DNA of 64,000 bases from Squalus acanthias. Its lineage: Eukaryota. The position numbers were made by a program, and so were the translations under genes. The DNA lies in NCBI GenBank assembly GCA_030390025.1, contig CM059432.1, forward strand, positions 80,354,001 through 80,418,000, written 5' to 3'. Positions 37,541 through 50,571 of the stretch are shown piece after piece (within the stretch, counting starts at the first letter, position 1; each line of letters starts with the position of its first letter). Below the pieces are notes generated by a model. It was not told where the DNA came from, did no database searches, and saw nothing but the letters and a program-made list of their open reading frames with translations.

Positions 37541-38458
37541 AGAAATGTTCGTTGCTGTAGTACTCATTCCCATACCTGCAATCCCGTTCCAAATCAGATA
37601 CTCAAAATAGTTTTTTGGGTGGAGTTAGCATGTTCCACAAAGCCACAATTCTCGAGGAAAAGCTTCTTTTCACTTCAAATCCACAGAACATTTGTAAATG
37701 CTGTGCTTATGTCTTGTAGTTCGACACTCGGATTGAGTCGAATTGTATGCTTCATTTTATGTTATCACTGTCTCTCGTAATTTTAAAGTGCTGGATCTCA
37801 ATCTTTTCTACAATGAAAATAAGTTCAGCTTTGTCTAGCTTCATATTTTGCACGTTTCTGAACCCTGTCTAAGACATTGAAATGTAGAACACCAAAAAGA
37901 CATCATACAGTATGCTAAAACATCATTTACCAATGGCTTCTACAAAGTTAGAATTCTTTATTTCAACTTCTAATCGAATAACTTTGAGATGCATCCTAGC
38001 ACTCGATTACTCTTTTTGACGAGCTACACATTACTGAATATATTGAATGATAGGTCGGCAAAACCTCAAATTCTTTTGCTTTCCTGCCTTCGGGTATGTT
38101 TCATGTTTTCTGTTCAATGTTCATTGGCTTTCATTTATGCATGCTAAAATCCATCTACCACTAAGACATTTGCTTAATTGGACATTTGCTATGTTAATGG
38201 TACCATTTCTCTTCATGCTCACAACCTGGTCATAGAGCTTGGTATCATCAGCAAAATTTATAATGTTGCAAAATGTGCAATTCTGCATATACATTATTTG
38301 AACAACAGGGGCCCAGAATAAACCCCTCCAGAACTCCACCAGGCACTGATCGTGCTTCCTATTGTCAAGCCATTTGCAATTCATATAGTTAATTTGCTGT
38401 TAATTCCATGAGACTTGACTTTTTTATTTTAAAGCCCCACATATGGAACTTTATTTTA

Positions 38459-39915
38459 TAAGAACATAAGAAATAGGAGCAGGAGTAGGCTATACGGCCC
38501 CTCGAGCCTGCTCCGCCATTCAATAAGATCATGGCTGAATTAATACATCAACTACACTTTCCCCCCCATCCCCATATCCCTCAATTCCCTTAGTGCCCAA
38601 AAATCTATCGATCTCAGTCTTGAATATACTCATCGACTGAGCATCCACAGCCTTCTAGGGTAGAGAATTTCCACAACCCTCTGAGTGAAGAAATTTCTCC
38701 TCATCTCAGTCCTAAATGACCAACCCCCTTATCCTGAGACTATGCCCCCTAGTTCTAGACTCTCCAGCCAGGGGAAACAACCTCTCAGCATCTACCCTGT
38801 CAAGCCTTCAAAAAATTTGTGTGTTTCAATGGGCCGAAAATTGATCCAGTGCGTACTCTCGCGTATTCCCACTCCAATTGCTGGTTTTCTGCATGCCCTG
38901 CGCATGCGCTGAAAACCGGCAATTGCTCTTCAGAAAAGGGGGCGGGTCCTGGGTGCATCGCGTGCGCGCTACAGGCTGCGCGCACGCTGTGCACTTCATG
39001 CTTTGGACGCGCAGGTAAGTACTGAAGATTTTGGAAATGTAAAAAGGAGGAGTAAGACCCACTTTTAACAAGGTAAGTAGTGAATTAAGTATTTTTTTGA
39101 ATTTTTTTTTACAGGTATATCTTTTTTAGAGACTTTAAAGACAGGTAAGTTTATTTTTAAAACTTTTTAAAAGATTTTAAATTTTTTCAAAAATTTAATT
39201 TTTTATTTAAAATGGTTAATTTAATTAACTATACTTATTTTATTAATGTGATGGTTTTTTTTTTAAATTTAATTGAGGTTTAGCTGTTATTTTGGGGGGT
39301 GTAAGATTCATAGATTTCACAGCCATGCTGTGAGACTTATGAATGGAAGATGGTGTGCTGCCATTGGCTCTAACTGAGTCACGTGATCCCACAGCTCGCA
39401 CAAATTCACTACACCGCTGGGATACGCAAGCCCAGCACAGCTGATGTCTGGAACATCAAGTTCGTGCGAGCTGGATCTGAAAAAGCACAAGCGAGGTGAG
39501 ACATTGCGGGGAAGGCTTACCCCCGCGGGAACAGAGCGAGATCAATTTCTGGGCCATTGAGATCACCTCTCATTCTTCTACACTCCAGAGAGTATAGGCC
39601 CATTCTACTCAATCTCTCCTCATAGGAAAGTCCTCTCCTCCCAGGAATCAATCTAGTGAACCTTCGTTGCACCCCCTCTAAGGCAAGTATATCCTTCCTT
39701 AGGTAAAGAGACCAAAACTGTACACAGTACTCCAGGTGTGGTCCCCCCAGAGCCCTATATAATTGCAGCTTCCTTACTCTTATACTGCAACCCCCTTGCA
39801 ATAAAGACTAACATAACATTTGCCTTTCAAATTGCTTGCTGTACCTGCATGTTAAATTTCTGTGATTTGTGTACAAGGACACCCAAATCCCTCTGAATAC
39901 CAACATTTACTAGTC
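38459..39915 (-). mobile_element. CR1 3' fragment interrupted by MITE copy 2
   Basis: Tail aagaacataagaaataggagc; [10 protein letters not shown]; tgtttcaat|gagatcacctctc is split by the MITE. Confidence 0.88.
38831..39555. mobile_element. Harbinger-type MITE, copy 2 (inverted relative to copy 1)
   Basis: Reverse complement of 17527-18269 with few differences; flanks AAT and ATT. Confidence 0.92.
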
Positions 39916-40619
39916 TAAAGTTATTATTAAATGTTGGACAGTCTAATCCCCTAATTTACTCTCTTATGATTGTCGCATTAACCCAAATGTTTCTCACATG
40001 CTCAGCACAAAAAAATTGTATATATTGTAATTTTCTTCAGAATAGAAACACTTATCAAATAGATAAAAGCCCCTACCCCCCGCTCCTCCAGGCTGCCCCC
40101 AATCTTTTCAGACCCCCACCCCTGCTCCTCTGGCCGACCCCGGCTCCCACACGATCCCTCCCTCCCTCCTCTCTGCGGTCAAGTGCCGCAGGCCTACCTA
40201 CCTACCTACCTCTCAATCTGGCTGGCCGCGGGCGGGAAACAGAGGCTTCCCATTCAAATCAGGCCCTGCCATTAAATTCAGAGCCCCCCCCCCCCCCCCC
40301 CCCGGCCCCCAACCCGCCTTCCCCATTAAAATTCAGCCCAATTGTTGAGTTGACTTTGGTACAAAATTCACTTTGCCTCAGTGTGCTTTTCTGATATAAC
40401 TGATGGCTTGTGTTAGCCTCACAGAGAAAACCAAGTGGTTTGGTAATGATGTTAAAAAACCTTTGTATGATTTAGAAGAAAAATATTTTAAAAATAAATG
40501 AAAATATAAATTACAATTATTGTAATAATCTTTTAAATAAATAGGTTGTTTTTCTAATTAAGGTAGACAAAAACTGTCTGTGGCGTTCACAACACTGACA
40601 TAATTTTGGAGCTAATATT

Positions 40620-41655
40620 ATGATGATTTAAATGTGCCTGGAGGCACTAAAACAAACACCTGCAGGTTTAGCACTCAAGTGCTGTTTAGAAGCAAGTTTC
40701 GTGGAGCTGTATATGTACCCAATTCAGCTGAAGGTGTGGACTGTGCTGGCTGACACACAACGGAATGTTTCAGGATGGCTCAGGGACCGAGGGAGAGGGC
40801 GCACAGGTTCTCGGATGTGACCCTGGCGGAGGAGGTCCGGCGGAGGAGGTCCAGAGGAGGAGGGATGTCCTGCAGTGTTCCCTTTAAGCTGCGCGACTGC
40901 TTAGCTTCGGGGTGCCACGCAGCTGGTGAGCCGGCATGTGCGGAATTTTGAATGGGCCGTGTAGCCCAAACAAAATTACAAGGAACATTGATGTCCTGTA
41001 CCCGCAGTGAGTGGGGTGAAGGAGCCCACCTCAAGCTCCTGTCCATCTCTCCTGCAGCAGCTGGCGCTGCTCTGCCTGGCCTCATGTCCTCCTCCCATTC
41101 CTCCTCCAGACTAAGGGGGACCCCATGCAAGATTTCGATGACCAAGCACTCCCTTTCTCCTGGTGACTCCTAAAAGGTAGAGTAGCACAGCACTTACTCT
41201 CTTTAGGTGAAGTCCTCAGAGAATTTCTAGAATAAATATTGATAGAGTGTTGGTGAAGTCTTGACAAAGTGTCCCAGAAAGTCTCCTGATGTGTCTCAAA
41301 AGTCCTCTTCAACCTTTAGCAGCAATTGAACAGTGAAAGCTAAGCATAGCTTTAAGTAGCGCACAGAATCCTCAGCAACAACTTGTTTGCTCCTGTTCAG
41401 TTGGTCGCTGTTAGGAAAGGTTGTTAATTGAAGCGCTTGCCACCAAAATTCCGTGCAGCCTCTTTAATGAGCGCTAACAGGCAATTTAACTGTCAATCAG
41501 ATCCTTAACGCTTCTCCAGGTGGCCGTTCCTAGCGCGTGCTTTAATTCCTTTACCAAGATGGCGTCTTGCGCTAAACCAGCGTTTCAGCTCAAGACCCCA
41601 TCTTGGCCATCTCGGAAGCGCTTGAGCGTCGAATGTATCGGGGAAAATCGCACCC
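40620..41655. mobile_element. Internally deleted Harbinger (start of Myb-like gene on +, possible start of transposase gene on -)
   Basis: gagagggcgcacaggttctcggatgtgaccctg...aggaggagggatgtcctg encodes RERAHRFSDVTL..RRRDVL; right end aaaatcgcaccc followed by TAA. Left end unclear. Confidence 0.55.
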
Positions 41656-42241
41656 TAAGCATAATCTGCTGAAGGTCAATGGATCCCACAATGTTCCATT
41701 GGTTACCATGTCTTGAAAACGAATGGGTTGAAATTACTCTGTGTGATATGAGTAATGGGTGGATTAACACGTTTGCATGAAATTTTTCTTGTCTGTTATT
41801 TTAACAAAAGCATAACCCATTTAAAATAAAGGTTAAACATTGTTTTAAATAGTCTTCCTATGCACATCTTCAAGTGGTTGGAGGTGTAACCAGCTGCCAG
41901 GTCTCTGTCAAAGCTAATCTTTAGCTGACCTCTCGGCAGTGCATGAGAGCAGCTTGATGACAGCTGTTGCTTCAATTTTCACCTCTCCACAGTAATGCGT
42001 TTCATTTGTTGAATTTAAATTTTTATAATAACAACTCAGATCCTACTTCACTTCTGCGCTTCTGTTACACAGTAGTATGATTGGGTCTGAGAAAAACATT
42101 CCCTCAGTTTAGAATATACTATCTGCTATAATTATTATTGTAAATCTTAGCTTGACGGCTTCCCAATGACTCAGTGGATAAATATGCCATCTTGTGCAAC
42201 ACTGAACCATGCTGACCAGGAGGACCTAGGTTTGATTCTAT

Positions 42242-42395
42242 GGGGGCAATTTTAACCTCACCCATCCATCGGATCAGGTGCAATGCTGGTTTTACACCTG
42301 ACCCGATTTTAGATAATATTGGACAGGGTGTAAAACCTGCATCCCATTCGATCCCATGGGTTTCCCGGCCTGCAAGGTAGGTTAAAATTACCCCC
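42242..42395. mobile_element. 154-bp MITE
   Basis: Inverted ends GGGGGCAATTTTAACCT and AGGTTAAAATTACCCCC (16/17 match); internal inverted ggttttacacct / gggtgtaaaacc. Confidence 0.8.
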
Positions 42396-42493
42396 TTAGT
42401 CTGAGTTAATTTCAACAAAGATGGTGGTATGGGGCTCTAATTTGTTAAAATGTTCTCTGGCTCAGAAGTTGACCAAGTCAACCAGGATTTTGA

Positions 42494-44012
42494 CAACAAC
42501 AAGAACTACTTGCATTTATATAGCGCCGTTAACGTAGAAAAACATCCCATGAGGCCAGAGTTGGGGGAACGGAGGTTTGTAGGGGTGGTTGTAGGGCTGG
42601 AAGAGGTTACAGTGATACAGAGGTGCAAGGAGTAAAGGCATTTAAACATGAGGATGAGTATTTTAAATTGGAGGTGTTGGGGGACCGGGAGCAAATGTCA
42701 GTCATCAAGGACTGGAGTGATGGGTGAGCAGACTTGGTGCAGGCAGCAGAGTTATGGGTGAGCTGAAGTTTACAGAGCATGGAGGATTGGAGGCCAGTCA
42801 AGAGAGCATTGGGTCTGGAGGTAACCAAGGCATGGATGAGAGCTTCATCAGTCGATGGGCTGAGGCAGGAATGGAAGCGGGTGAAGTTATGGAAGTGGAA
42901 GTAGATGGTCTTTGGGATAGAGAGCATATGGGGTCGGAAGCTCAGCGTCAAATGGGACACTGAGGTTGCGAACAGTCTGGTTCAGCCTGAGATAGTGGGG
43001 GATGGAATTTGGGAAAGTTATGGAGTTCATGGTGCGGTCTGAAGATGTTTGCTTTGGTCTTCCCAATGTTTAACTGGAGGAAATTACGGCTCATCCAGGA
43101 CTGAAAGACAAGACAAGCAGTCTGAGAGCACAGAGGCAGTGGAGGGGTCAAGAGAGGTGATGAAGAGGTAGAGCTGGGTGTCGTCAACGTACTTTAACGG
43201 CTGACCCCATGTCTGTGGATGATGTCGTCAAGGGGCAGTATGTAGATGAGGAAGAGGAGAGGACCAAGGATAGATCCTTAGGGGGGCTTCATAGTTGATG
43301 CTGCAGGAGTAGTAAAAGAAGCTATTGCTGGAGATGCTCTGACTATGATTGGATAGATAAGAGTAGAACCAAGCAAGGGCAATCTCATGTAGCTGGACAA
43401 CAGAGGAGAGGCATTGGAGGAGGATGGTTTGCTTGACTATGTCAAAGGCTGCAGAGAGGTCAAGAAGAGAAAATGCACCATGGTCATAGTCATAGACAAT
43501 GTTATTTGTCACTTTGATTAGAGCCATTTCAATGCTGCGGCAAGGGTACAACCTGATTGGAGAGATTCAAACATGGAGTTGCAGGAAAATTTGGGAGGCG
43601 AGAGCATGTTCAAGGAATTTGGAGAGAAAAAGGAGTTTGGAGATGGCGCGGTAGTTTGCAAGGACAGGGGTCAAGCATGTTTTTTTTGAGAAGGGAGTAA
43701 TGGTAGAGGTTTTGAAAGGGAGGGGCAGGGGACCATTCACAATATCAGCTAGCAAGGGGGCCAAATAAGGAAGTTGGGTGGTAAGCAAGTTAGTGGGATT
43801 AGGGCCCAAGAACCAGGAGGTTGGTTTTCATGATCAAGATGAGCTCAGAGATGGCACGAGGGAGATAGGAGAGAAACTAGGGAAAGACATGGGAGCAGGA
43901 TGAGGGCAGAGGGAGCTTGGGGGGAGATTTGGCTTCATGGGCAAGGTGAAGAGAGAGAAGCAACAGAGATAGCTGAATGGATGGTCTCAATCTTGGTGAC
44001 AAAGAAGTCTAT
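42494..44012 (-). mobile_element. Old L2 LINE fragment
   Basis: NYRAISKLLFLSKFLE, LLDLSAAFD, WMSRNFLQLNIGKT; tail acaacaac...tgcatttatatagcgcc. Confidence 0.85.
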
Positions 44013-44296
44013 GAAAATTCAACAGTTTTCCTTTCCAGTGAGAAGTTGTGCTTGAAGAGAATGTAGGCCAGAGAAGTGGAGCTAAAGTCTTGTAGCCCTG
44101 CTGGGAGTGGGAGAGTGCCTTTAACACTTCTGAAGCAGCTAATGAGCCACTTTACTGGTATAGAAGCAGAAATTTACTTAATGCAGTGGCTGAGTGTGCA
44201 ATTGTTTTCAACAATGACTCTGCAACCAGAAAGAAAGGTCTGCTTCAATGACCAGACTCTAAATCTTCTTCCAAAGTGTGCATTGGAGAAACATGT

Positions 44297-45096
44297 GGGG
44301 TAATTTTCACTTCAGCGGGGGCAGAAGACAGGTGGTAGCAAATTAGCCACCTGTTTTCCGTCTCCGCCAATGTTAAAAATGACCTCATGGCGACATTTTG
44401 GTGCAGGGGGACAGCTCCCAAATATGTCTCAGTATGGCTTGTACACCAGATAATAAAGCATGACCTCTCTCCCAATCCAATAAGAGTCTGTGCTAAAATA
44501 AGTTTCTAGTCTATGTGGGAGACATTGGAACTCGCTGCACTCATTTTTCAGTCCAGAAAGAGGCCATTAAGCATTAATTTCATGGTGCCGTCACCAAATT
44601 GGGTCGGCCGATTTTTCAGGCGCTGCTGGTGGCTGCTTAAAACAGGTGTTAGGCCCCTTACCTAGGTAAATGAGTGGCCTAACGTTAAATTGGACGGCGC
44701 TGAGCAAAGGAGGCGCCCGATCTGCTCTGCTCTGCTCAGGTTTCTTCACCAACAGCGACCTCCAACATTAAAGTAAGTTTAAAAAACAATGTAAAGATTG
44801 AGGTGGAGCCAGCAGGAGCAGCAGCATAACCTGGGGTCATTTCCGGCCCAAGATTGATTCCCCTTCCATTGTCCTTCCCACCCCCACGACCGCCGGACCA
44901 TACCTGAGGGCCACTGCTGGAGAGGCAAGCGGCCCAAAGTTGATCCCCTTGAAATAGGTAAGCTGCCTCTGGAGGTGCGACAGGTGTTGGCAGCTCGCCT
45001 CATTTAATGAAACGAGGCCTGAGGGCCAATTTAGGGTGACCCCCCAGTGCACCGTTAGTTATGCATCCGAAAGTGGTTATAACCAATTTCTACCCC
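44297..45096. mobile_element. One or two Harbinger-type MITE remnants
   Basis: Ends ggggtaattttc and ccaatttctacccc; GC-rich interior. Confidence 0.45.
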
Positions 45097-45317
45097 TATC
45101 TGTATGCTTTTTTACAATGTACTTTTCAACCGTATTTATATTTTCTAATCTGTTTCATTCTTTCCTCTAAACTGCTATGAGAGACCTGCCTTGAAAGAAT
45201 TGCATTTTCATACATTGTTTGAAAATTCATTCTAAGGTCTGAATGCATGGGTCACGTGGCTAATTGTGATTTTCATTTCATAAGCTATCCTTACATCAGA
45301 CCACAATAAATATCATT

Positions 45318-46127
45318 GGCCTGGAATTTGCAGTTGTAATGACGGCAAAACTGCCAGTGCTTGCTGTCATTACTGTGTAAAACTTCTGCTGTCCACACAT
45401 CCACAGTTAAATGTGGATAACCGGAAGTTGCTGTCAGTGATACCCTGCTCCTCCACACGGTGTGCAGTTGCAGTCTTCGCAGATGCAATCAACACAGAAT
45501 CATTGATATGACGTGAACTTCAACTTTTTATGTACTATTCTTGCTGTAAAAACCATTGAAAAAGTCAAGCCTTGTTGAATGAGGTGTAACTGAGTTTTTA
45601 ACTGCATACTAAGCCATAATTACTGCTGAACAACCTCTCTGACCTGAAAAACTCATTTTATAAGTGTGAAGTGTCATTCCCTCCATTCCATGATAAACAT
45701 TCTATGGGGGAAAAATTCAGTTGCTTAGCGCCCCCCATTAGCGCCCAAACGGGGGTGATACTGAATTTCTCACCCTATAGATTTTTAAAATAATAAAAAA
45801 TAATTTTAATTTTATTTAGAGTTTGTTTATGACATTTCAGCTTCTAATTTAATCCCATGTGTATGTCCCAATCTTTATTTCACTTTCTGTAAAATGATTA
45901 AAAAGTGAGTGATAATCAGTGCTTTTTACTTCCTGGTTTGCTGTCTGTGAGAATTCTTCAATCTGATTTCCTGAATGCCACAGATCCCCTGTAGATGGCA
46001 CCAGATTGAAAGTCATGTTGGAATAAGGGAAATTGACGCCACAGAGCCCGCTAAATCTTTGTGGGCAGCTTTCTTCAAGGTCAGCGGCGAGTGCCGTCCT
46101 TTTGCCGCTGACTGCAAAATCCGGACC
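45318..46127. mobile_element. Harbinger-type MITE (second family), containing a nested 70-bp element
   Basis: Inverted ends GGCCTGGAATTTGCAG and CTGCAAAATCCGGACC; homologous to 50572-51310. Confidence 0.8.
45706..45775. mobile_element. 70-bp micro-MITE
   Basis: GGGGGAAAAATTCAGT...ACTGAATTTCTCACCC with TAT on both flanks. Confidence 0.75.
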
Positions 46128-46799
46128 ATCATTTCCAACTCACTTTGTGTCCAAAAAAACGATCATACGCGTAATTCACCTCTAAAACACACTTTGTTTA
46201 TATTTGCCATTCAAGAAGTAGACCTTTTTCTAGTTGCTGGGCAACATGTTTGTTCAAAAGCTGGTTGAGTGTTTATTGATCTGTGGTCATTAATGTAGCC
46301 TTCTCCTCTGAGTGGGGTAAAAATCAATAGATGATGAGATTGCTACTTTGTTTTGTCTAAGTAAATGTCATGGTTGATTACATCTGTTCTGAAATTGCTG
46401 TTCTGAAAAAATAATTCAATTGATTTCTCATATTTCTGTTGAAATATTAATTGCAACTTTCAGTTTCTCACTAGCGAGGCTATCCATTTCCTATGACGGT
46501 TTTCATCAGCAAAGTGTCTTGTTTCATGATAGACCAACTAAACTATGTAATTAAGAACATTAGATTTTATTATTTGAATCCACTATGTTTTTTTATCAGT
46601 AAAAGGTGAAAAAGTCTTGTGTTTAGAGTGTTGTAGTGTCAAAGATGCAGGGCTGGTTTTTAAGGCTCTGGGTGAAACAATATTTGCCAGACTTCAGGAA
46701 CATTTTGGAGGATGGAAAAACCCACTCAACATTTTCGGCCATATGAGAATTTGAGCCAGCGGATAGAAAATTTGCCAGACAATATCAACATGGTTGAGA

Positions 46800-47460
46800 A
46801 AACCTAAAGTTTACAGCACAGAAGGAGGCCATTTGGCCCATTATGCTTCTGCTGGCACAGCAATCCAAACTCCCCATAGCTCTGCATCTTCCTCTGCTGC
46901 ACATATTTAACTAGTTTTCCCTTTAAAAATGCAATGGTCTCTGCCTCAATAACTCCCTGTGGCAAAACATTTCCATGCTCCAACAACCTTCCGTGTAAGG
47001 AAATGTTTCTTATCCTCCCTCCTCACTCTCTTAGAGATAATTATAAATTGATGACCCCTCATCATTGACTCCCCATCTAGAGGAAATAGCCTTTCCCTAC
47101 TCTATTAAAACTCTCCAAAAATTTTATTTAATCTCCTCTTAGCCTTCTCTGCTCCAGTGAAATTAGTCCCAATATCCGAGCTCTCTTTTCATAACTGTAA
47201 TTTCCCATGTCTGGTATCATCATGGTGTATCTACACTGTACTATCTCGATGGCGTTAATGTTTTTTTTTCTATAATAGGTTGCCCAAAACTGCATTTTGC
47301 ATCCTAACCAATGTTTTGTATAAGTATTTCTTTATTTTTGTGTTCTATTCGTCTATTGATGAAATCCAAGATTCTCTTGGCTATAATCAGGGAATTACAT
47401 ATTTGAACTCCCATGTCTCTCCATCCACACCAGGTTTAATTTATTTCCATTGAGTATATA
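46800..47460 (-). mobile_element. Old CR1 3' fragment
   Basis: cacagaaggaggccatttggccc tail region; LPQGVIEAETIAFLKGKL. Confidence 0.7.
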
Positions 47461-47494
47461 TTCTGCCATGCTTGTTTATTTCCTTACAAAATAT

Positions 47495-50397
47495 ATTATC
47501 TGGTCATTATCACATTGTTGTTTGTGGGACCTTGCCGTGCGCAAATTGGCTACCATGTTTCCTATATTACAACAGGCTATTTTAGATCTAGTATTGTGCA
47601 ATGAGACAGGGTTAATTAATAACTTTGTAGTAAAGGAGCCTTTGGGGAAGAGTGACCATAATATGATAGAATTTTATATTGAGTTTGAGAGTAATTTAGT
47701 TAAGCCCGAAACTACGGTCTTAAATCGGAACAAAGCAAACAACGTAGGTATGAGGGGCGAGTTGGCTAAGGTAGACTGGGAAATTAGATTAAAAGATATG
47801 ACGGTAGACAAACAATGGCAAACATTTAAGGAAATAATTTAAAATTTGCAACAAATATACGTTCCCTTAAGGAATAAAAACCTCACGGGAAAAATGATCC
47901 AACCATGGCTAATAAGAGACGTTAAAGATAGTATTAGATGAAAGGAAGAGGCTTATAATGTTGCCAGAAAGAGTAATAAACCATTGGATAGGGAGGATTT
48001 TAGAATTCAGCAAAGGATGACCAAGAAATTGATAAAGACAGAGAAAATAGAATGAGAGTAAACTAGCAAGAAACATAAAAACAGATTGTAAAAGCTTCTA
48101 TAGGTATGTAAAAAGGAAGAGATTATTGAAAGTAAATGTGGGTCCCTCACAGGCAGAGACATGAGAAATTATAATGAGGAATAAGGAAATGGCAGAGACA
48201 TTAAACAAATATTTTGTATCTACATGGAAGAAGGCACAAAAATATTCCGGAAATCAAGAGTCTAGTGAGAATGAGGAACTTAAAGAAATTAGTATTAGTA
48301 AAGAAATAGTACTAGAGAAATTAATGCGAGTAAAAGCTGATAAATCCCCTGGACCTGATGGCCTGTATCCTAGGACGTCAAAAGAGGTGGCCACAGATTT
48401 CCTAGATTCTAGAACAGTCACCGCGAATTGGAAGATATCAAATGTAACCCCGCTATTCAAGAAAGAAGGAAGAGAGAAAACAGGGAACTATAGAACAGTT
48501 AGCCTGATGTCAGTAATAAAGAAAATGCTAGAATCTATTATTAGGAACGTGGTAACAGGGCACTTAGAAAATCATAATATGATTGGGCAAGCATTCAAGG
48601 TTATTACACAAAATTAGGGTTCATGGGATTGGAGCTAATATATTAGCATAGATTGAGGATTGGTTAATGGAGAGAAAACAGAGAGGAGGAATAAACGGGT
48701 AATTTTCAGGTGGGCAGGCTGTAACTAGTGGGGTACCGCAAGGATCAGGGCTTGGGCCTCAGCTATTTACAATCTATATTAATGACTTGGATGAGTGGAC
48801 TGAGTGTTATGTATCCAAGTTTGCTGACGATACAAAGCTAGGTGGGAAAGTAAGTTGTGAGGAGGACACAGAGGCTGCAAAGGGATATAGACAGGCTAAA
48901 TGAGTGGGCAAGAACATGACAGATGGAATATAATGTGGAGAAATGTGAAGTTATCCACTTTGGTAGGAAAAATAGAAAAGCGGAATATTTTTTAAATGGT
49001 GAGAGATTGGGAAATGTTGGTATTCGAAGGGACCTGGGTGTCCTTGTACATGAATCACAGAATGTTAACTTGCAGGTACAGCAAGTAATTAGGAAAGCAA
49101 ATGGTATGTTGGCCTTTATTACAAAGGGATTGGAGTATAACAGCAGGGAAGTCTTACTACAGTTGTACAGGGCTTTGGTGAGACCACACCTGGAATACTG
49201 TGTACAGTTTTGCTTTCCTTACCTAAGGAAGGATATACTTGCCTTAGAGGGAGTGCAACGAAGGTTCACCAGACCAGGGGTTCTCAACCTTTTTGCTTCT
49301 GAGGCCCACCTCTGGTGTTATAAAAATGCTGTGGACCACAACACAAGTATTTTTTCTGTACAAAAATTGTGGTGGGGGCTGGGGGAGAGCGACACAGCTT
49401 GTTCCACAGTCTGTGGGGTGGGGGGTGGGGTCAGTTCCAAGTTCCAGTCACACATTCAGTTCCTGCGCTTTAATAACAACGGAAGGTTCTGGAAACGCTA
49501 CGAGCCCAGCACCTCCGGACAGGTCAAAGAGTGGCGTCACCGCCGAGTGGAGCCTTCCGGTAACGATTTCAGGGGATGACCAAGCTTGGGCCTGGAGCCG
49601 GAATCGGTAACCAGCACCCAGCACGAATGAAGTTGATCAGCCGCCCCGGGTCACCCAAGGACCCTCGCACCCCAGCCAAGCCCGCACTGTCCTGTCCCTT
49701 GTTCCCCCCAACATCCACCCCCCACCCCCCAACACCCCTGGACCCAGCCTGCATCTACCTGTCCCCGTCTGACTGCAGTCTCCCCTGCGATCGGTCCTTC
49801 AACCCGACCAAGGGCCCTTTCACAACCGCGTACTTCCCCAGATAGGCCACGCCCCGAGAAACCAGCCATTCTCTGGCGGACCCCTAGGGGGTTGAGGACT
49901 CCCGGTTGAGAACCCCTGCACTAGACTGATTCCTGGGATGGGGGAATTGTCCTATGAGGAGAGATTGAATAGACTAGGCCTATATTCCCTAGAGTTTAGA
50001 AGAATGAGAGGTGATCTCATTGAAACATACAAAATCCTTACAGGACTTGACAGGGTAGATGCAGGGACGATGTTTCCCCTGGCTGAGGAGTCTAGAACTA
50101 AGGGTCACAGTCCCAGAATAAGGGGCCGACCATTTAGGACTGAGAGGAGGAGAAATTTTTTCACTCAGAGGGTGGAGAATCTTTGGAATTCTTTACCCCA
50201 GAGGGCTGTGGCTGTTCAGTCGTTGAGTATATTCAAGACAGAGATCGATAGATTTTTGAGTATTAAGGGAATCAAGGGATTAGGGGATAGTGTGGGAAGG
50301 TGGAGTTGAGGTCAAAGATCAGCCATGATCTTATTGAATAGCGGAGCAAGCTCGAAGGGCTGAATGACCGACTCCTGCTCCTGTTTCTTATGTTCTT
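47495..50397 (+). mobile_element. CR1 (47571-50397) with a SINE piece fused at its 5' end and a hAT MITE inserted
   Basis: [35 protein letters not shown]; tail tttcttatgttctt; 47495-47575 matches the Deu-type SINE body. Confidence 0.9.
49275..49918. mobile_element. Non-autonomous hAT (Charlie-like) element, 644 bp
   Basis: Perfect 15-bp inverted repeats CAGGGGTTCTCAACC; 8-bp duplication CACCAGAC / CACTAGAC (7/8). Confidence 0.92.
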
Positions 50398-50571
50398 AAA
50401 TGCAAGTCTTTCTTCTGCCTCTTTCTTTCCTGTCATTGACAAACTTTGAGAATGCATTCCGTAGAGCCAAGTCCAAATCAGCTTTGTATGCTGAGATCAA
50501 AATTGGACCCCGGGTGTACACCACTTTAACTCTTCTCCGATCTGAGCAACTCCTATTTATCCTAACTCTTT

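Noticed and set aside
17527..39555. Inverted segmental duplication
   Set aside because: Similarity is confined to the elements; flanks and truncation points differ.
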